This document shows positions 1 through 14,237 of a stretch of DNA of 64,000 nt, piece after piece (positions within the stretch are counted from its first letter, which is position 1; every line of letters starts with the position of its first letter). Position numbers and translations under genes: made by a program. This DNA comes from Octopus vulgaris (taxonomy: Eukaryota). Under the pieces are notes generated by a model, which ran no database searches, had not been told where the DNA came from, and worked only from the letters and a program-made list of their open reading frames with translations. The stretch spans positions 104,966,001 to 105,030,000 of the forward strand of contig OX597818.1 of NCBI GenBank assembly GCA_951406725.2. The letters are read 5' to 3'.

Positions 1-186
1 ACATATATATATATATACATATGCAGGTATATAAACACACACAAACGAGTGTTGTCTTTTGAGAAAACTTTTTTGTTCGTTCTTGATTGCGCCTAACAAA
101 TGTCTTATATAATTTATATTTAAAATCGTAAATAGTAATATATTACTTGTTGTACGTAAGCATATGTGCGTATAACGATATATTTA

Positions 187-190
<4 letters not shown>

Positions 191-242
<52 letters not shown>

Positions 243-249
243 TATATAC

Positions 250-316
<67 letters not shown>

Positions 317-1064
317 TATACATATATATATATATGTGTGTGTGTGTGTTTATATAAATATATATATGTGTGTGTATGTATGTATGTAGATGTATATTTA
401 TGTATGTATACATGTATAGTGAGATAGAAAGATATATATATATATATACACGCACGCATGAACACACACAGACACACACATCTACACATATAAAGACAGA
501 TATATATAGAGAGACACACACACAGACACACACACAGACACACACACACACACACACAGAAAGATAGGGAGAGAGAGAAGAGAAAGACATATATGTATAT
601 ATAAAACCGTTCCTTTAAACTAAGCACAACAGTTTTCATTTGCCAAATTATTCCCCTTTGAATGCTTCTGTATTTTATACCCATTACACTCTCTTCTCCT
701 CCAGCCCCTCCCAATATTTCCTCCTTATTGTTTATGACAGCCGTTACTGATCATATTATATTTCACTAGGCCTACACGATATTGATTTTTTTTTTTTAAA
801 TAATATATTCCAGTGAATCGACACTTTCATTCTTGAAGCTTTACATGGTCATCATTACCATCGTGGTCATCATCATCATCATCATCAGAATCATCATCAT
901 CATCAGAATCGGCATCATCATCATCATCATCATCATCGTCATCATAGTCATCATCTTCGTCATCATCATAATCAACATAGTCGTCGTCGTCATCGTAAAA
1001 AAAACTGAATAGTGTGTGTGTGTGTATATATATATACATCTGTGTGTATATGTATGTATATCTA

Positions 1065-1127
<63 letters not shown>

Positions 1128-1174
1128 CGGCGGTGCATCAGCATGGCCGCAGCTCTGGGCTGAAACTAGAAAAA

Positions 1175-1270
<96 letters not shown>

Positions 1271-1431
1271 CTTCACATAGAAACGAACGTTTATGTATGT
1301 ATACGTTTATATATGTATTCATATGTGTGTGTGAGTGTGTACACACATACACACACAGACATTTATATACATACATGCATATATACGTATGTATATGTGT
1401 ATATGTGTGTGTGGTGCGTGTGTGTGTGTGT

Positions 1432-1488
<57 letters not shown>

Positions 1489-1490
1489 TG
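191..1490. repeat. Compound microsatellite field: (TA)n, (CA/TG)n and degenerate (CAT)n at 847-995
   Basis: Directly visible. It produces the YIYI, VCVC and poly-D pseudo-ORFs. Confidence 0.97.
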
Positions 1491-1989
1491 TGATGGTTGT
1501 TCATTTATAAGCGCTGTAGGTCATCTTTGATTATTCAAAGAACAGCGCCGTCAATAGCCTTGCAGAACCACTCTACTGGCATTATCCTTGGACAAGCCGA
1601 AGCAAGACAGCGGGTGCCAAAGACGCTCACCGGCTTGAGAGTGTGAGGATGCCACGTCTTCAGCTGACGTTCAAGATCTCCGAAACAGTCGACACCGTTT
1701 TTTCACTCAACAGACTTTACCATCAGAGAACCTCTTTCTAGAGATGTCTTTTAATAAAAGCAAAGAGGTACCTCACAGCCAAGATACCAATCTACTAACG
1801 CACCAGATGCCAATCCAGAATTTCTAAGTACCTCCACTAATACGTTTTTGTACATACACACACTCCCACTCACATACGTGTGCGGTTGTCTGTGTGTATG
1901 TGGGTGGTGCTACTGATGACGCTTAAAGATGCAGAAAAGTGTATTAACAATTCCACTTCTGCTTCTAGACACTTTTTGATTGCTGTATG

Positions 1990-2061
<72 letters not shown>

Positions 2062-2072
2062 CGTGCGTGCGT

Positions 2073-2379
2073 GGAGGCGCAATGGCCCAGTGGTTAGGGC
2101 AGCGGACTCGCGGTCGTAGGATCGCGGTTTCGATTCCCAGACCGGGCGTTGTGAGTGTTTTTTGAGCGAAAGCACCTAAAGCTCCACGAGGCTCCGGTAG
2201 GGGGTTGTGGCTATCCCTGCTGTACTCTTTCGCCACAACTTTCTCTCTTTCTTCTGTTGGTCTGCTCGCTTAACCAGCGGGGTGGCGTCATTTGAAGGCT
2301 AAAACAATGCGAAGCGCATTGTGACCAGCGATGTGTAGCAGCATCTGATAGCCTGGTCGGTCACGGTGATCACGGTGAT
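2073..2379 (+). mobile_element. tRNA-derived SINE, family 3, tail type a
   Basis: tRNA-like head with A box TGGCCCAGTGG and B-box-like GGTTTCGATTCC; ends in (CACGGTGAT) repeats. Near-identical copy at 46668-46976. Confidence 0.85.
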
Positions 2380-2555
2380 ATATATATATATATATTTCTG
2401 TTTTAATTTTATACGTCTATACGAGGTGCTTCCCCATGGTAAATACCGATGTTTCCATGTTTTTCATAGTATATCTGCATTTAATATGATATACAGAATG
2501 CTAATTTAGACTAATACTGCTTCTGTCGCTAATATTAACAGTGGATATATATATA

Positions 2556-2735
2556 TCGCTAGCCACTACACACTCTTTATTTTCTCTCCTTGTTTCTTTC
2601 TGTGTTCTTTTCTGTCGAAGAGCGTAGGCTCGAAACGTTAAAGACTTTTTCACTTCCCGAGCGTTATACTAATACAGTCTACACCAACTGTCTTTGTCTT
2701 TTGTTTTTGTTTTTTGTGAATTCCGCCCACTCCCT
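2556..2735 (+). mobile_element. Penelope-type pLTR fragment with hammerhead-like motif
   Basis: Matches the 3' non-coding end of the GIY-YIG element at 15283-15490. Other copies at 16488-16690, 48362-48425 (partial) and 54178-54360 (-), all next to (TA)n. Confidence 0.7.
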
Positions 2736-3598
2736 CTCTCTATATATATATATGTATGTATAGTCGGCTAATAATCCGTATTTTTTCCATAGCTGCCATC
2801 TCTGAAGAGCAAGCGGTATTACTTAACTGAGCTATTCTCTAACATTCAAAACTATATAGTTTGATTAAGAATCAAGAGTTATTGCCGACTTTGATGGATT
2901 TTGAACTCGGGAACATCAAGAGCTGTAATTAAATAGGGTAAAACATTTTGTCTCATTCTCTGTAGATTCCATTAATCCATTGCCAAAATATATAAATGCT
3001 AATAACAAAATATTCAATTTCCTTTCAGTCAACAGAAAAAATAAACTTGCAAACGAATAGAATATGAAAAATTAAACCGTATATAATAACATGTCATTAT
3101 AAAATGTCATTAAAATGTCATTAGTAAAGTAAATACACGGTAGAATAAATTACATTCACCTTTCTAATTTATTACCTTCGTATCTAAGAGAATTGAAAAT
3201 AATAAAGCATCTATCTATGAAACAAAAATTGAAAATTCAGAAAAGAATAAAAATTCTCAAATCTGAGAAGGAATGAGAAAATAACGATTTATCATAAATA
3301 AAATATAAAATATTTCACTCACTGAGCAAATAGAAGAAATATATATAAATAATTCTGTGTTGGCTTAAGTATAATTAACCTAATACGAAGTACATTTAAT
3401 CTACGCTTATCATCATATGATATGTGCATGACGTGGATGTGTGTGCGTATCTATGTAAGCATATAGGTACATGTTGGTATTTGTGTATATATATATATAT
3501 ACATATATATGAAGCAATACAGATTGTGACGTTTATCCATAATCCTCAAAATTTACACGTGTGAAAAATCAGACACAGTGAAACCGGTTAAGTATCTT

Positions 3599-3879
3599 TT
3601 AATTTTACTTGTTTCAGTCATTTCCCTGCGGCCATGCTGGGGCACCGGTTTTATTAGAGCAAATCGACCCCAGGACCTATTCTTTGTAAGCCTAGTACTT
3701 ATTCAATCGGTCACTTTTGTCGAACCGCTATGTTACGGGGACGTAAATACACCAGCATCGGCTGTCAAGTGATGTTGGAGGGGCAAACATAGCCACACAA
3801 ACATATACACACATACATACATACGTATATATACATATACGTATGTATATATACATATATATACATATATATACATACG

Positions 3880-3940
<61 letters not shown>

Positions 3941-4045
3941 GACGGGCTTCTTTCAATTTCTGTCTACCAAATCCACTTACAAGGTCGGCCCGAGGCTATA
4001 GCAGAAGACACTTGCCCAAAGTAGACGCAGTGGGACTGAACCCGG
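3599..4045 (-). mobile_element. tRNA-derived SINE, family 2 (CORE-like), with internal (TA)n
   Basis: Reverse complement of the family consensus seen at 28989-29462; the 5' head is partly lost. Confidence 0.85.
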
Positions 4046-4243
4046 TTGGTATGGGGCTGGGAAGTGGTCAGGGCTAGTGTGTGCGTGGTAATGTGATGTG
4101 GTGTGATGTGGTGTTGTGTGGTATGGTGGTGTATGGTGTGGTGGTGTGACACATGAATGTGCTTGTGTGCGTGTGTGTATGTGCGTGTGTGTGTGTGTGT
4201 GCGTGTGTATGTATGTGTATGGATAAAATGAGCGAGAAAGCGT

Positions 4244-4330
<87 letters not shown>
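4244..4330. repeat. (GATA)n microsatellite
   Basis: Pure tetranucleotide run. Confidence 0.97.
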
Positions 4331-4331
<1 letters not shown>

Positions 4332-4339
4332 TGGATTCA

Positions 4340-5300
4340 TTGCCTTAATTTTCTTATATATGTACCGTATATTACAACACTTTGCTCTACACCACGGCGG
4401 CATCCTGTGCTTAGGTTTGAAGATGTTCGTTTTCTTTCTTTAGCTTGGGTAATATGCTAAAAATAGGACGACTTTTCTCGTGTTGAAAAAGCTTATCCAT
4501 TGATTGCTAATGGTGGTAAATCTTTTTGCAATGTTCAGTGCTCTTATTAGAAGTGGGTTTTCCGTTTGACAGGTAGAGTTGTGTGAATTTGTTCGCCTTT
4601 TTGTTCTTCACATTGTTCAAACTGTCGATATTTTTATCACTCCTTCTAACTCATTGCCGTTGGATTCATAAATTTGCATTTGATGTCTGCTAAGAAGTTA
4701 GTTTTGTGGCTTTTCATTGTGATGTACGGCTGTCGTCTGACTAAGCAACTTCCTTCTATCTGTAAATTTCTTAATTTCTTGGCTTCTCAATTGATTGCAT
4801 TGTATGTATTGACGCTTGCAGTTTTATGTTTTAGCTATGCTCATCAAAAGAACTTTTCTTTAGTGGATGTCATTGCTTTTGTGCGTAGAGATTTTTGCTT
4901 TCTTTATGTATTTATTTTTATAACATTAGTAATATTATGTCTGAATGTAGTTGAATTTCGAATTTTTTTTTCCATAATTCTTTGATATGAGCTTCTTTGT
5001 CGTGTCGATGTGATCTGCTTCGAATTTTTCTCACTCTTTAAATTGTGACAGAATATTGCATGTTTTAAAACTATACTTTTTACATGAAGGTGCATCATCA
5101 TTGTATTTTATGTGGTGGTTCGCTTTACAGCGCATATGTTTGATCACATTTCCATCATTTTGAATAAGACATTCCAGGTACATCTTTCTAGTTGGGAGAG
5201 GTATGTTTTTGATAGATGACCGAGTGTTTAGTGTTCCATATCCAGTTAAGTCCTCGCTACAAAAGACGTAGACATCAAGATCAAGGTAATACAAGACATA
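4340..5300 (-). mobile_element. Highly decayed Penelope-like RT C-terminal fragment
   Basis: ORF 5031..5294 begins YYLDLDV...TLNTR...PT..YL, reminiscent of the Penelope RT (F/Y)LD..YRKPT region. Many stops. Confidence 0.35.
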
Positions 5301-5645
5301 TCAAACAACTGCAAAATACTTTAAGACAGTTCCTGCCTGATATCGCAACCGTAAAAAAAGTCGTGCGCAGAGTTCATAAGCACATATAATCCTACGCATC
5401 TTTTTTTTAATACGGTAGGATGTGGTTTGAAGAGAATTTCACAGCTATATCTAGCATATCAGGAGACTACCTTAAGACTCTCTCCTTCATTCCTTGTAGA
5501 AAGGTGAAATGGCAAAGGAGATATTGTACTAAGAGTACCAGTTTATGGATTGTCAGTTTTAACCCTCGTTATGTCTTATGTCGTGTTTCTGTGAAGAACT
5601 CGTTACTCTCGATTCCTCGGGCAACCAATTTGCTGCGGATATTCG

Positions 5646-7779
5646 CTGCTCACTCTCACATAGACTAAGGGCGATGAAAAACTTGGCTCACTCCCCACCA
5701 AGAAAGTATTTGTCCGAAATGTCAGAAAGCATTCAAAAATGGTATACGATATCAAGAAAGTTTACACTTCACCAGTAACATGCGTGCATGCGTGTGTTTG
5801 TGTATTTCTACTATATGGCTCAGAAACCTGGACGTTATCAAAGAAGCTTGAGAGGCGGTTGGATGGAACTTACACTCGCCTCCTTATGAGAGCTCAAAAT
5901 CTCTCGTGGAAGCGTCATCCAACCAAAGTACAAATATATGGGAAACTACTACCTGTATCATCTCTTGTGAAAGGTAGAAGAGTCCAGTTTGCTGGACATT
6001 GTTGTAGAGCTGAAAACGAGTTAATTTCTACTCTTCTCCTCTGGAAGCCATCTGCTCGCGATACCAGAGGGCGCACACTCTCCTACCCTGATGTAATCTC
6101 CAGGGATACAGGCGGCATCCAGCAACAGGACCTCCGTAATGCTATGATAGACCGTGAAGTCTGGCGTAACATAGTAAATTCCATTGTCTCGACCACAGTC
6201 GAACAATGATGATGATGATTGTGTATTTCCCATCAAATCATTGGATTAGCTAAAGAAAGATAGCACCATTAAAAGTAATATTCTCAGAAATTTACCCTCA
6301 ACAAACTAGTGTCTTACCTAGTTAATTTTCCAGAAACTGGAATAATCACTCAACCAATGAACACCTAAAATAAACTTCAAGTTTCCTTAACATGTAGCTG
6401 CCACTTTGTATAATCGAAATCCTTCCATTAAAGCAGAACTATGAAACCCAATATTGGCATCACAGATCTGAAATATAAAATCAATGTCCAATTTTTTCTT
6501 TTAGAGAATCGATACATCCAGACATTTCCTAAACGATCGATGTATGGATTGGATTTTAGCATTAACACTGTTACCTTTACTTCGTATTTAATTGCTTTCT
6601 TTAAATATTTTTCATTCGGTTACCTAGGCATTCGTCTGATGCGCCTTTGATGTTTTTTTTCCCGTTAATATGTTGTTTAAAGTTTTCGTGGGGCCAACTT
6701 TGACGTTATTTTTATTAAGTAAACTCCAGACATTACTTTTTTTATTAGGGCTACAAAACTTTTAACTATATACGAGGATATATTTTCCCTGAAGGTATTT
6801 CTACGTTTATTTCCTTTGTTCTCACGCTTGGGTAACAAGCATTTCCCTCTTTTTAATCCACTTTTATTTGATAATGCGTTATAGTAACAACTGGCAACTG
6901 TTTTGAAAGTGCCCCTATTTAATGAAGCATTAGCTATTCTTTATCTAATTAAATTTCTGTTTATATTGGCAAGGTAATGAGAATATTTATCTACATTAGC
7001 TTCTTAGCTTTCAATTTTGATATCATATTTACAGGTCTCAGGGCAGAATCTTATATCTTGGGTGAGATATATTTTGTAATTCACTCTAATTACAATAGAA
7101 CTGCTTCAATGGATTAATACCTTAAGAGCATTTACACAATCTTAAAGCTGATTTACATCTGTTAGTCTTTTAGAGGTGAAACTTTTAATATATGTCAATC
7201 CTGTATAGAAAACAACAACTGACGTTCACTCATGATCAACTTGTATACAGACTTTAAAATTTTTCAGATTGTAATAGATTTTTAAAGGTCTAAATAAAAG
7301 AGAGAACAGGCCTTTTGAGACTGGTGAAAATTATGCTTAAGTTGGTGTTAAGTACATTATTAATGTGTGTGATGTAACGATACAAAGCAATTTGGTTTCA
7401 TATCAAGAAAATTAGGTTTTGCTTTCAGTATATACCAAGCTTACATACACCAGCTCCATTCTGGCTGTTCATACCGACATCTAGTGTTGTGTGTCATTAC
7501 GGATTTTCGCCAAACTGGAGCCGTTGAGGAAAAGCAGAGATCTCCTAATATGCATTATTATATCGGCACTATTACTTTTAATGGTGCTATCTTTCTTAGC
7601 TAATCCAATGATTTGATGGGAAATACACAAACACATACATGCACACATGTTACTGGCGAAGTGTAAACTTTCTTGATATCGTATATCATTTTTTGAATAG
7701 TTTCTGATATTTCGGACAAATACTTTCTTGGTGGGGAGCAAGCCAAGTTTTTTATCGCCCTTAGTCTATGAGAGTGAGC
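5646..7779. repeat. About 210-bp inverted repeat pair (5646-5808 plus 6230-6279 versus 7571-7779) around an AT-rich decayed interior
   Basis: 7571-7779 is the reverse complement of the left arm once the RTE insert is removed. Confidence 0.85.
5809..6218 (+). mobile_element. 5'-truncated RTE-clade LINE (RT C-terminus) with 11-bp TSD
   Basis: Reads LLYGSETWTLSKKLERRLDGTYTRLLMR...RRVQFAGHCCR...DREVWR with a (GAT)n tail. TSD TTGTGTATTTC at 5798-5808 and 6219-6229. Confidence 0.9.
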
Positions 7780-8082
7780 AGGAAAAAATTACAGAAAATG
7801 GCAGACAAATAGTCGTTGTACATTTTCACAGGATGGAAGTGCGGGTGGGGGTGCAGAAAGGAAAAGGAATTGGAAGCTAGTTAAGTTGGAGGTAGAGAGA
7901 ATGAGGAAGGGATTATTTAGCTATTTCAAGAAGGAGATTGTTTTTTCGTTGGCCAGTTCAGTAACCACTGTAAACGGCTTATCAACAGCATTATTGATAT
8001 ACATCTTTGCGCATACATATACAAACCGGCTGAAAGATAGCATCTTAAGCAAGAAGCAAAGAAACGAAGAAAAATGTTTTGG

Positions 8083-8590
8083 CGTAGCTGTGTGGTTGAG
8101 AATCTTGCTTCCCAACAAAAAGGTCTTAGGTTCAATCCCACTGTGCGGCACACAGAGCAAGTGTCTTCTGCTTTAGCTCCAGGCCGAATGAAACTTTGTA
8201 TGTAGATTTCATAGATGATAACTGAAAGCTCGTCGAGATGTGGCTGTGTGTTAAGAAGTTTGCTTCCCAACCACATGGTCCCCGGTTCAGTTCGACTGCG
8301 TGGTACCTTGGGCAAGTATCTTCTAATATAACCCTGGGCCAGCAAACGCCTTGTTAGTGAATTATTTGACAGCCGGAAACACAAGTGTGGGTGTGTTTGT
8401 GTTTGTCCCCCACCACCACTTGTCAACCTGTGTTCGTTTACGTCCCCGAAAACATAGTGGCTCGGCAAAAGAGACCGATAGAATAAGTAGCGAGCTTTAA
8501 AAGTAAGTCCTGGAATTGATTTCTTTCTACTAAACTCTTCTAGGTGATGCCCCAGCATGGCCACAGCTCAATGGCAGAAACAAGTTAAAG
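8083..8590 (+). mobile_element. SINE family 2, diverged, with duplicated head
   Basis: Two successive GCTGTGTG(G)TT(G/A)AGAA heads (about 8087 and 8242) followed by the family body. Confidence 0.75.
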
Positions 8591-9201
8591 ATCTGCGAAG
8601 GCAGCTTTAAAAGCTTTTTGTTCAACATTAAGTCCACCACCATCAAGCTGACAGGAGAGAAAAGCAGTTTTATGTCAATTGACCATTTCGAGTTTAACTA
8701 TTTCGAACTTTCTATTTAAACATAGTGATAATGCTAATTACGCATTGCAGAGAAATATAATATCATCACAAAACAAACCGATAAAAGAAAAGGAAAGAAA
8801 TAATCTCTAAATGCTGTCACAGAACGAAGTCTACCGAGAAAATTTGAAACATGAAATAGAACCGGGATGTAAACAAATGAGACCGAAAAGATGTTTACAA
8901 TACAAACCTTAACACAGCACTGAATACCTATGATAATTTCACAACTCTTTTCTGAAACTTTCTTACTTGATATGCCATCTAAGCATTTCTTCAGAGGAAA
9001 ACCTAAAGGAATCAACTTGAACAATAAAAAATATATCTTTCCGCTACTAAAGTATTAAAGTAGTCTTTCCTGTGATTGTGTTAATACTTGTAAACAAACG
9101 ATCATAGAAACATACGCACACACTCATATATACGCCTAAGTTTAAATAGTACGTTTATATTTCTAGTTTTATACATATCTGTGTGTGAGAGTGTGTGTGT
9201 T

Positions 9202-9252
<51 letters not shown>

Positions 9253-9835
9253 GAAGAAGAGCGAGACAAACACACATACACAAACACATATACACACACA
9301 TATATATATAAGTATATATTATCATTGTGGTGGTTGTTGTGGTTGTTGTTAAAGCGTAATTGTTAAACTGTCACAAGAAACGTTTTGCGGTATTTATTGC
9401 AACTCTCTATGTTCTGTGTTCAAATCCCACTGAGGTCACCTTTGTCCGTCATACTTCCGGGGTCGTTAAAATAAAGTGCTAGTCAAGCTTTGGAGTTGCT
9501 GAAATTGTCTGCCCTCCCCCTCGCCCCCGCCCCCTCCCACTAAATTGCTGGCCTCATCATCATCATCATCATCGTCACCATCATCATTATAAGTACGATG
9601 GATTGGTAGGATCGTTAGAACATCGAAAAATTACTTTGCAGTATTTACTCCGGCTCTTTACGGTCTGAGTTCAATCCCGGGATAGTCAATTTTGCTTTTG
9701 TTCATCGACAAAATAAAAGATACTGGGATTTTTTTATCATCCCTCCTCAAAAAACTAATGGTTTTGTTCCTAAATTAGAGATATTGTTATTATTTTTTTA
9801 TTATTGTTATTATTATTATTGTTGTTGTTGTTATT

Positions 9836-10387
9836 TACTTTTAATCTGTATGTTTGTAACAATCATTTGCCGAGATACACCCAGCGTCCTAGGGCGAGTG
9901 AAGGATAAGAGATGTTGCAGTATGACTGAAAGCTTGAGGAGGGCAAGTGGCAGGGGCAGTAGAGAAATATCTTCATGTAATACAACACAGACATTTAAAT
10001 GGATAGGGTTTTTCTAAGGATGTTGGCAGTACTTGTTAGCACAATCTTTTGGATTCCTCTGAGACATGGTCCTCCTGTTTTTGACATCCCTTATCATACC
10101 TAGGTTACCCACAGTAACAGGAACAGTTCTCGCTTTAAGATGCTACATCTCTTGTATTTCAATTTCTAGGTCCTTCTATTCACTTAATTTGTCTAATTCC
10201 TTTACAGATATATTCTTATCAGTGGAAACACTTACATTTGTTAGTCTACAAGTATTATCTTCCCTATCTTTAATGACTATGTCTGGTCGATTAGCCTAGA
10301 TCGTTCTGTCGATGTTGTTGACTTGAAAAACCCAGAGGATAGTAACATTTTTACCATCAACGTTTGGCTCAGGGTGATGTTTCTACC

Positions 10388-10390
<3 letters not shown>
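9836..10390 (-). mobile_element. Decayed R4/Dong-type LINE 3' fragment between (TAA)n tracts
   Basis: Minus strand reads RPDIVIKDRE..SVSTDKNISVKELDKLSE*KDLEIEI..TVPVTVGNLGMI, homologous to 12029-12382. Confidence 0.75.
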
Positions 10391-10468
<78 letters not shown>

Positions 10469-10498
10469 TAAGGTATCATCATCATTATTATTTCAGGA

Positions 10499-10895
10499 AA
10501 GGTGGCGGGCTGGTAGAATCGTTACCGCGCCGGGCAAAATTTCTTCCGTCTTTACGTTCTGAGTTCAAATTCTGCCGAGGTCGACTTTATCTTTCATCCT
10601 TTTGGAGGCAATAAAATGATTATTAGTTGTGTACTGGGGTCGATGTAATCGACTATCTCCTCCCCTAAATTTCAGGCTTTGTGCCTATAGTAGAAACGAT
10701 TATTATCATTTATGGCAGCGAGGTGGCAGAATCGTTAACACGCCGCTACGTTCTGAGTTCAAATTCCGCCGAGGTCGACTTTGCCTCTCATCCTTCCGAG
10801 GTCAATGAAATAGGTGCTAGTTACGCACTGGGATCAATGTAACCGACTAGACCCCTCCCCACAAAATTTCAGGCCTTGTGCCTTTAGTAGAAAAG
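10499..10895 (+). mobile_element. Two tandem Meta-domain-like tRNA SINEs (family 1)
   Basis: B box GAGTTCAAATTC(T/C)GCCGAGGTCGACTTT followed by the (T)CATCCTT core, repeated twice. Confidence 0.8.
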
Positions 10896-10908
10896 ATTAT
10901 TATTATTG

Positions 10909-10948
<40 letters not shown>

Positions 10949-11159
10949 TTTTTTTCTTCTTTCAAATTTGCTTCCATTTCTTGCCGAGTGTCTTCCCGAC
11001 TCTTAGGGCAAAGAAACTCATAGTATACATTGGTAGGCGATTAAACCAAACTCAATAGTTCGTTCATTTTTTTTTTTAAGTTAAATTAAAATACATGAGC
11101 AGCAACAGTTCTCACATCGACAATGCTCTTCTCAATACGTGTGATGTACCAGTTAAGAC

Positions 11160-11237
<78 letters not shown>

Positions 11238-11262
11238 CATTATTATTATTATTATTATTATT

Positions 11263-11793
11263 GAGTGAGAGAGCAGTGCATGCTATCAAAGTGACACAGG
11301 GGTAAAATATACGAATAAGGGTACACTAATAAGGGTACACTAAGCACATGCATCACAGCCATATGTGCGCGATGTGGTGATCTTATAACAAGATAAACAA
11401 CACATGACCTTGCAGGTGGGGCCCAGTTAGAATTTTCTTCTGGTCGAGTAGCCCATCCCGCTCAAAGAGTCCCTGAATAAGGGTTGTTTAAGGATGTTGA
11501 ACAAAACACCCATGTTTCCAGAGGTGAATTATTCAAACCCCAAAGAATCCCTCTGAACACATGGCTATGATGCTCCCTCATTACTTCTGCTCGTGATCAG
11601 AGATGCACATATTGTCTGCCACTAAGGGACATGGTCAACTGGTTAAGGTCAAACAACTGAAAAGCAAATTTGTGGTATTGAGAGAATATTTGCTGTAGCC
11701 CGTCATTTATACCAAGACAAAACAATGTACATAACACTTCCAATAGTTAAGATCAGAAGGTATGAGAGCCACTGCCTAGTACTGCATCAGGGC
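11263..11793 (-). mobile_element. Non-coding repeat inserted precisely within (TAA)n, probably a Dong-mobilised non-autonomous element
   Basis: Sharp boundaries to (ATT)n on both sides, no ORF, adjacent to Dong fragments. Orientation is inferred. Confidence 0.55.
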
Positions 11794-11803
11794 ATTATTA
11801 TTA

Positions 11804-11849
<46 letters not shown>

Positions 11850-11890
11850 CATCATCATCATCATCATCATCATTATTATTATCATCATCA

Positions 11891-12819
<929 letters not shown>

Positions 12820-13594
12820 TCGTCCGTTTTTTACGTTCGGATTTTGAATTCCACCGAAGTCGACATCCTTTCGAGGATGTGTGTGTATGTGTGTGCGTGC
12901 ATGTATATATGTGTGTGCGTATGTGTGTGTGTGTGTATTCATGTGTATTCACATACATATAGGTGCATTTACACACATATACACACAAACACATAATAAT
13001 ATATATATATATATATACACATGATACGTACACATAGAAATTCCCATATGTTTGTGCGTGTGTGTATGTGTGTGTGAGTGCGTGCGCGCGCAGTTCGCAT
13101 TTATGTGTATGTTTATATAATTCTGCACCAGACAAATCGCCTTTCACATTGTTGATGGTTAATTTTTGTTTCTGTTAATAGGATAAAACCTACACCTAAT
13201 GTGCAATAGAACTATTCTACCATATAATACAGCTACTGTCTCTGAACAACAGCTAAAGGCTGATTATAGCCAATAATAGTTGCAAACACCTTCCTATGTT
13301 TAGCTCCTACCTTAAAATGGTGTTTTGCTTCTTCCCGCCTATTTTTATTAATAATAGTGTTGTTGTGATATTCACGTACTACATCGATTGCCTTTCCGTT
13401 TGTTTATTTGTTTTACTAAATTTTTTTTGTGTGTGTGTGTGTGTCTTCTTTTCAGTTAGCAGGGTAAAGTACTTATTTCCACTGTTTGTCTCTTCCTTTA
13501 TTAATTAGCTTTATCCCTAAGTAAAAGAACTGTTATGTTCCCGCAGAAAACAAACACTAATAGGAAGTGATGAAAGCGAGCAAATGACGCAAGC

Positions 13595-13630
<36 letters not shown>

Positions 13631-13844
13631 AATCAAGGAACGGCCATAATAGGCCATTCACCCACTAGAAATAACGGCCTATTATGAACGGCCTATTATG
13701 AACGGACTATTGTGAATGGCCTATTATGGCCGTTCCTTGATTGTGATGTTGAACTTATAAATGGTCTATGACTATTTAACTTTTTCCCACAAGGCCGCTG
13801 GTGGCAAAAAAATTCTACAAAATTTTTTTGCCACCCTATATTGA

Positions 13845-13894
<50 letters not shown>

Positions 13895-14156
13895 GTATGT
13901 ATATGCAGTTGAAACACTCCTGTCATAACCTGGGACCTTGAAGTATACTACTCCCTTAATATTTTATATTCAACATTTCATCTGTTCAATAAGACAATCA
14001 ATACTTCATTTCATTTTACTATATATGTATTATTTATACTATATATTCTATATTCTACATTAATATCATAAAGAATATAAATAAAACATAAAAAACAGAC
14101 AGAATTGGAATCTCTTTGAATGATATATATCTCTCTATACACAATCATACAAACCC

Positions 14157-14235
<79 letters not shown>

Positions 14236-14237
<2 letters not shown>

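Noticed and set aside
120-1530. Numerous ORFs of YIYI, VCVC, THTH or poly-D type, here and throughout the window
   Set aside because: They are translations of stop-free microsatellites with no coding signal.
1505-1850. GC-richer segment possibly from a LINE ORF2 end
   Set aside because: Too degenerate to assign without a search.
2073-2146. tRNA gene
   Set aside because: The tRNA-like head continues into a repeated SINE body; the same applies to the other A/B-box heads.
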